Of a DNA stretch of 64,000 nucleotides, positions 61,824 through 64,000 are shown one piece after another (positions within the stretch are counted from its first letter, which is position 1; each line of letters starts with the position of its first letter). The notes below the pieces were generated by a model. It worked only from the letters and a program-made list of their open reading frames with translations, searched no databases and was not told where the DNA came from. This DNA is from a virus (taxonomy: Duplodnaviria; Caudoviricetes): IMG/VR virus record IMGVR_UViG_2595698914_000001, positions 103,293 to 167,292 of that record; one strand, 5' to 3'. A program made the position numbers and the translations under genes.

Positions 61824-63158
61824 TTATTGATTATTCATTAGTAGAAAAACTAAAACTGGAGTTATGTAGAAACGTTCTAATGTCGTAAATTGCTTATACG
61901 CTAATAAGACGTTATCTAACTTAGTCTGGTCTAAAGGATTACCTTCTAACCAATCAGTTACCATAGATTCAAATATGGTATTTTCAGTACTACCATTATA
62001 CCAGTCTGTGCTTAATACATAACTAGAATTATAACCTATAACTGGAACTGGATGTATTGTGCCGGTACTCATCGGTGAAGATATAGGAACAACATTTCTA
62101 AGTTCTACTTCGGTTAAATGTTCAAAACAGCCGTATCCTAAGTATGCGGTATCATCTGACACATCGTCTTTAGGTCTAACTAAGTACTGAATGGGCGTAT
62201 GATGTATTCCATATAGGAACTGTAAGTCCTGAACCTTAGTCACGCTAACTAAATGCATTTCTTTAGCTATCAACATACTCAACCTACCGTTCTTAGATAC
62301 TAAATTATCTAGGAATGTTTCAGCAGAACGAGCTTCATCATTATACGCTCTAATCATACTAACGTTGACTGGGAAAGTATTAGTTACAAATTCAGTTAAG
62401 TAAGGGTCGTATATTAGAGTTCCGTCGATATCTAGTACCAATGTGCACGCATCATTTCTATAGAACTCACGCATGTAATCTTCTGCTAAACGTATACCGT
62501 CTTGTCGTCTGTTCTTAGACTGATGTAATTCGTTGGTGCTAAGTAGCGGTTTAGAACCTAAGTAAAGATACTTCTCATTATAATGATAATTACTAACTAC
62601 TTTTTCTTCTAGTGACTGTAAACGTTTACCTCTACTAGTCGAGTCAGATTCTTCAATTAACTTAATATCAATTAAATACGCAGCATTAGAGAACCCACTT
62701 AAACGTTCAGTTGATGTTACTAAGAATACACCAATACGATTAACACCACGTTCAGCAACCCATACATCACCTTTATTAGGAACGATAGCATCCACTATAA
62801 TCATCTGACCGACTAAAGCACTTTCTTTAGTATCTTCGGTAATGGTATAAGATAGGTCTCCCTGTAACTTTGCTACGTAGTTATTAATCTTAGTATACTG
62901 TTGGTAACTAGCATCGACTAAAACATCTACCACATCCGATACATCATCCTTTTGACGTAACATCTGGTAGTAGTAACCGCGCCATGGTGAACCCTCAACA
63001 TCATAGTTAACTGCGTTACCTTTATAACCCTGAACAGAATCAACCCATGGAGTTGTTGTCTCAGGTAAATCATTAATCTTTGTATTAACTGCAACCTGAT
63101 TATCTACAGGTACTTCTTCTGGTTCTGTTGGTGAACCGGGTAATTTAGCTATAGCCAT
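61824..63158 (-). CDS. Virion structural protein
   Basis: VEGSPW..YY, QQYTKI, PNKGDV and IYDPYL motifs recall phiKZ-like virion proteins. Confidence 0.55.
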   Translation of the reverse strand: MAIAKLPGSPTEPEEVPVDNQVAVNTKINDLPETTTPWVDSVQGYKGNAVNYDVEGSPWRGYYYQMLRQKDDVSDVVDVLVDASYQQYTKINNYVAKLQGDLSYTITEDTKESALVGQMIIVDAIVPNKGDVWVAERGVNRIGVFLVTSTERLSGFSNAAYLIDIKLIEESDSTSRGKRLQSLEEKVVSNYHYNEKYLYLGSKPLLSTNELHQSKNRRQDGIRLAEDYMREFYRNDACTLVLDIDGTLIYDPYLTEFVTNTFPVNVSMIRAYNDEARSAETFLDNLVSKNGRLSMLIAKEMHLVSVTKVQDLQFLYGIHHTPIQYLVRPKDDVSDDTAYLGYGCFEHLTEVELRNVVPISSPMSTGTIHPVPVIGYNSSYVLSTDWYNGSTENTIFESMVTDWLEGNPLDQTKLDNVLLAYKQFTTLERFYITPVLVFLLMNNQ

Positions 63159-63269
63159 TTCTATCTACTCCTAGGTGATAATCTAATAAACATAAAATTT
63201 AAAGCTAAGTCAGAATAACAACCTTTTTAATTACTATAGATATTAAACCCATTGTATAAGGAAACACCC

Positions 63270-64000
63270 ATGTCAACTGTGAAATTGTTTTATTTTGCTG
63301 GCACCAGAGAGACTTACAAAGATATTCCAAGTGAAGTTGTAGGCTTAGCATTCGAATTTGAAGGTACATGGTTTCATTACGGTCGTTCTGATAAGACTGA
63401 AGATTCTACCTACGGTAACTTTAGTAATCTATTAACTACAATGTTAGTAAAGATAACAGAACTTGTACCAGATTATAAAGAACTAATACTTGTACCGTCT
63501 CCCACATGTAGAAACGAAACATGTACTGATTTAATTGAACGTATTTTCAATACAGAAAACGATTACAAGGGTGTTATTGAATCTCTTAAGTCTAATAAGA
63601 AAATGAAGCCTGAGATAAAAGACGGTCTAGTTGGTATTGCTGTACAATTAGACATTCTATCTGTGGCTGGAGTTGCAACTACATCATCGTTCAAGGATAC
63701 AGTAGAAACAATCACCGGTTCATTACAAGCCGATAGCGCCGGAGCTAAAGCCTACTATCGCACTGTTAAAGGTTTACCTAGTCCTATAGAAATGGAGATT
63801 ACTCCTAAAGACCTTAAGGGTAAGACTAAGGATGTTCCTAATCTACTAACCGATAATATTATATTTAACTGGTTAGGTGATACTCGTCTACCAGAAGGTA
63901 CTTTACCAGCAAACGTTTACTATACCGGTAATGGTGAATTAGAAAATAAGAAGCCTAAAGGTGTTACAGAAGATAAAGTGCAAAAACAAAGTAATGTTTA
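63270..64000 (+). CDS. Partial ORF running off the window end
   Basis: ATG at 63270 after AAGGA; open to the end (MSTVKLFYFAGTRE...). Confidence 0.65.
   Translation, partial: MSTVKLFYFAGTRETYKDIPSEVVGLAFEFEGTWFHYGRSDKTEDSTYGNFSNLLTTMLVKITELVPDYKELILVPSPTCRNETCTDLIERIFNTENDYKGVIESLKSNKKMKPEIKDGLVGIAVQLDILSVAGVATTSSFKDTVETITGSLQADSAGAKAYYRTVKGLPSPIEMEITPKDLKGKTKDVPNLLTDNIIFNWLGDTRLPEGTLPANVYYTGNGELENKKPKGVTEDKVQKQSNV

Noticed and set aside
1-64000. CRISPR array, tRNA or rRNA genes, IS elements
   Set aside because: No regularly spaced repeats, cloverleaf with T-loop consensus or transposase motifs were seen by eye; a tRNAscan-SE or Infernal run would be needed to exclude RNA genes fully
1-64000. 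Stop-codon reassignment
   Set aside because: Standard-code ORFs tile the window densely, and TAA, TAG and TGA all end well-defined genes
63270-64000. RNase H assignment for the terminal partial ORF
   Set aside because: The layout is vaguely similar to phiKZ-like RNase H proteins, but no DG-type catalytic motif is visible and the gene is truncated

Overview
AT-rich, densely coding segment of a phiKZ-related, probably nucleus-forming jumbo phage (Chimalliviridae-like). The host cannot be determined from this window. Core genes: tail tube and sheath, terminase large subunit, a virion-type RNAP beta'-like subunit, a family-B-like DNA polymerase, a probable chimallin (nuclear shell) gene, four probable non-virion RNAP subunits, a probable PicA/Imp1 import factor, SbcD-like nuclease, SSB, SF2 helicase, DnaB-like helicase, major capsid protein and baseplate proteins. 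A recurring TATATTAT-N4-GTGAATT motif marks putative early promoters. Most unusual observations: (1) a stand-alone 84-aa gene that copies an internal segment of the phage's own non-virion RNAP beta' subunit; (2) a ~5.6 kb accessory island with a 2OG-Fe(II)-like oxygenase, a proteasome-beta/HslV-like Thr peptidase beside a degenerate paralog, and three tandem leucine-rich-repeat proteins; (3) several apparent pseudo-enzymes; (4) apparent strong GATC depletion. All assignments come from motifs read by eye and recalled phiKZ synteny. No database searches were run.
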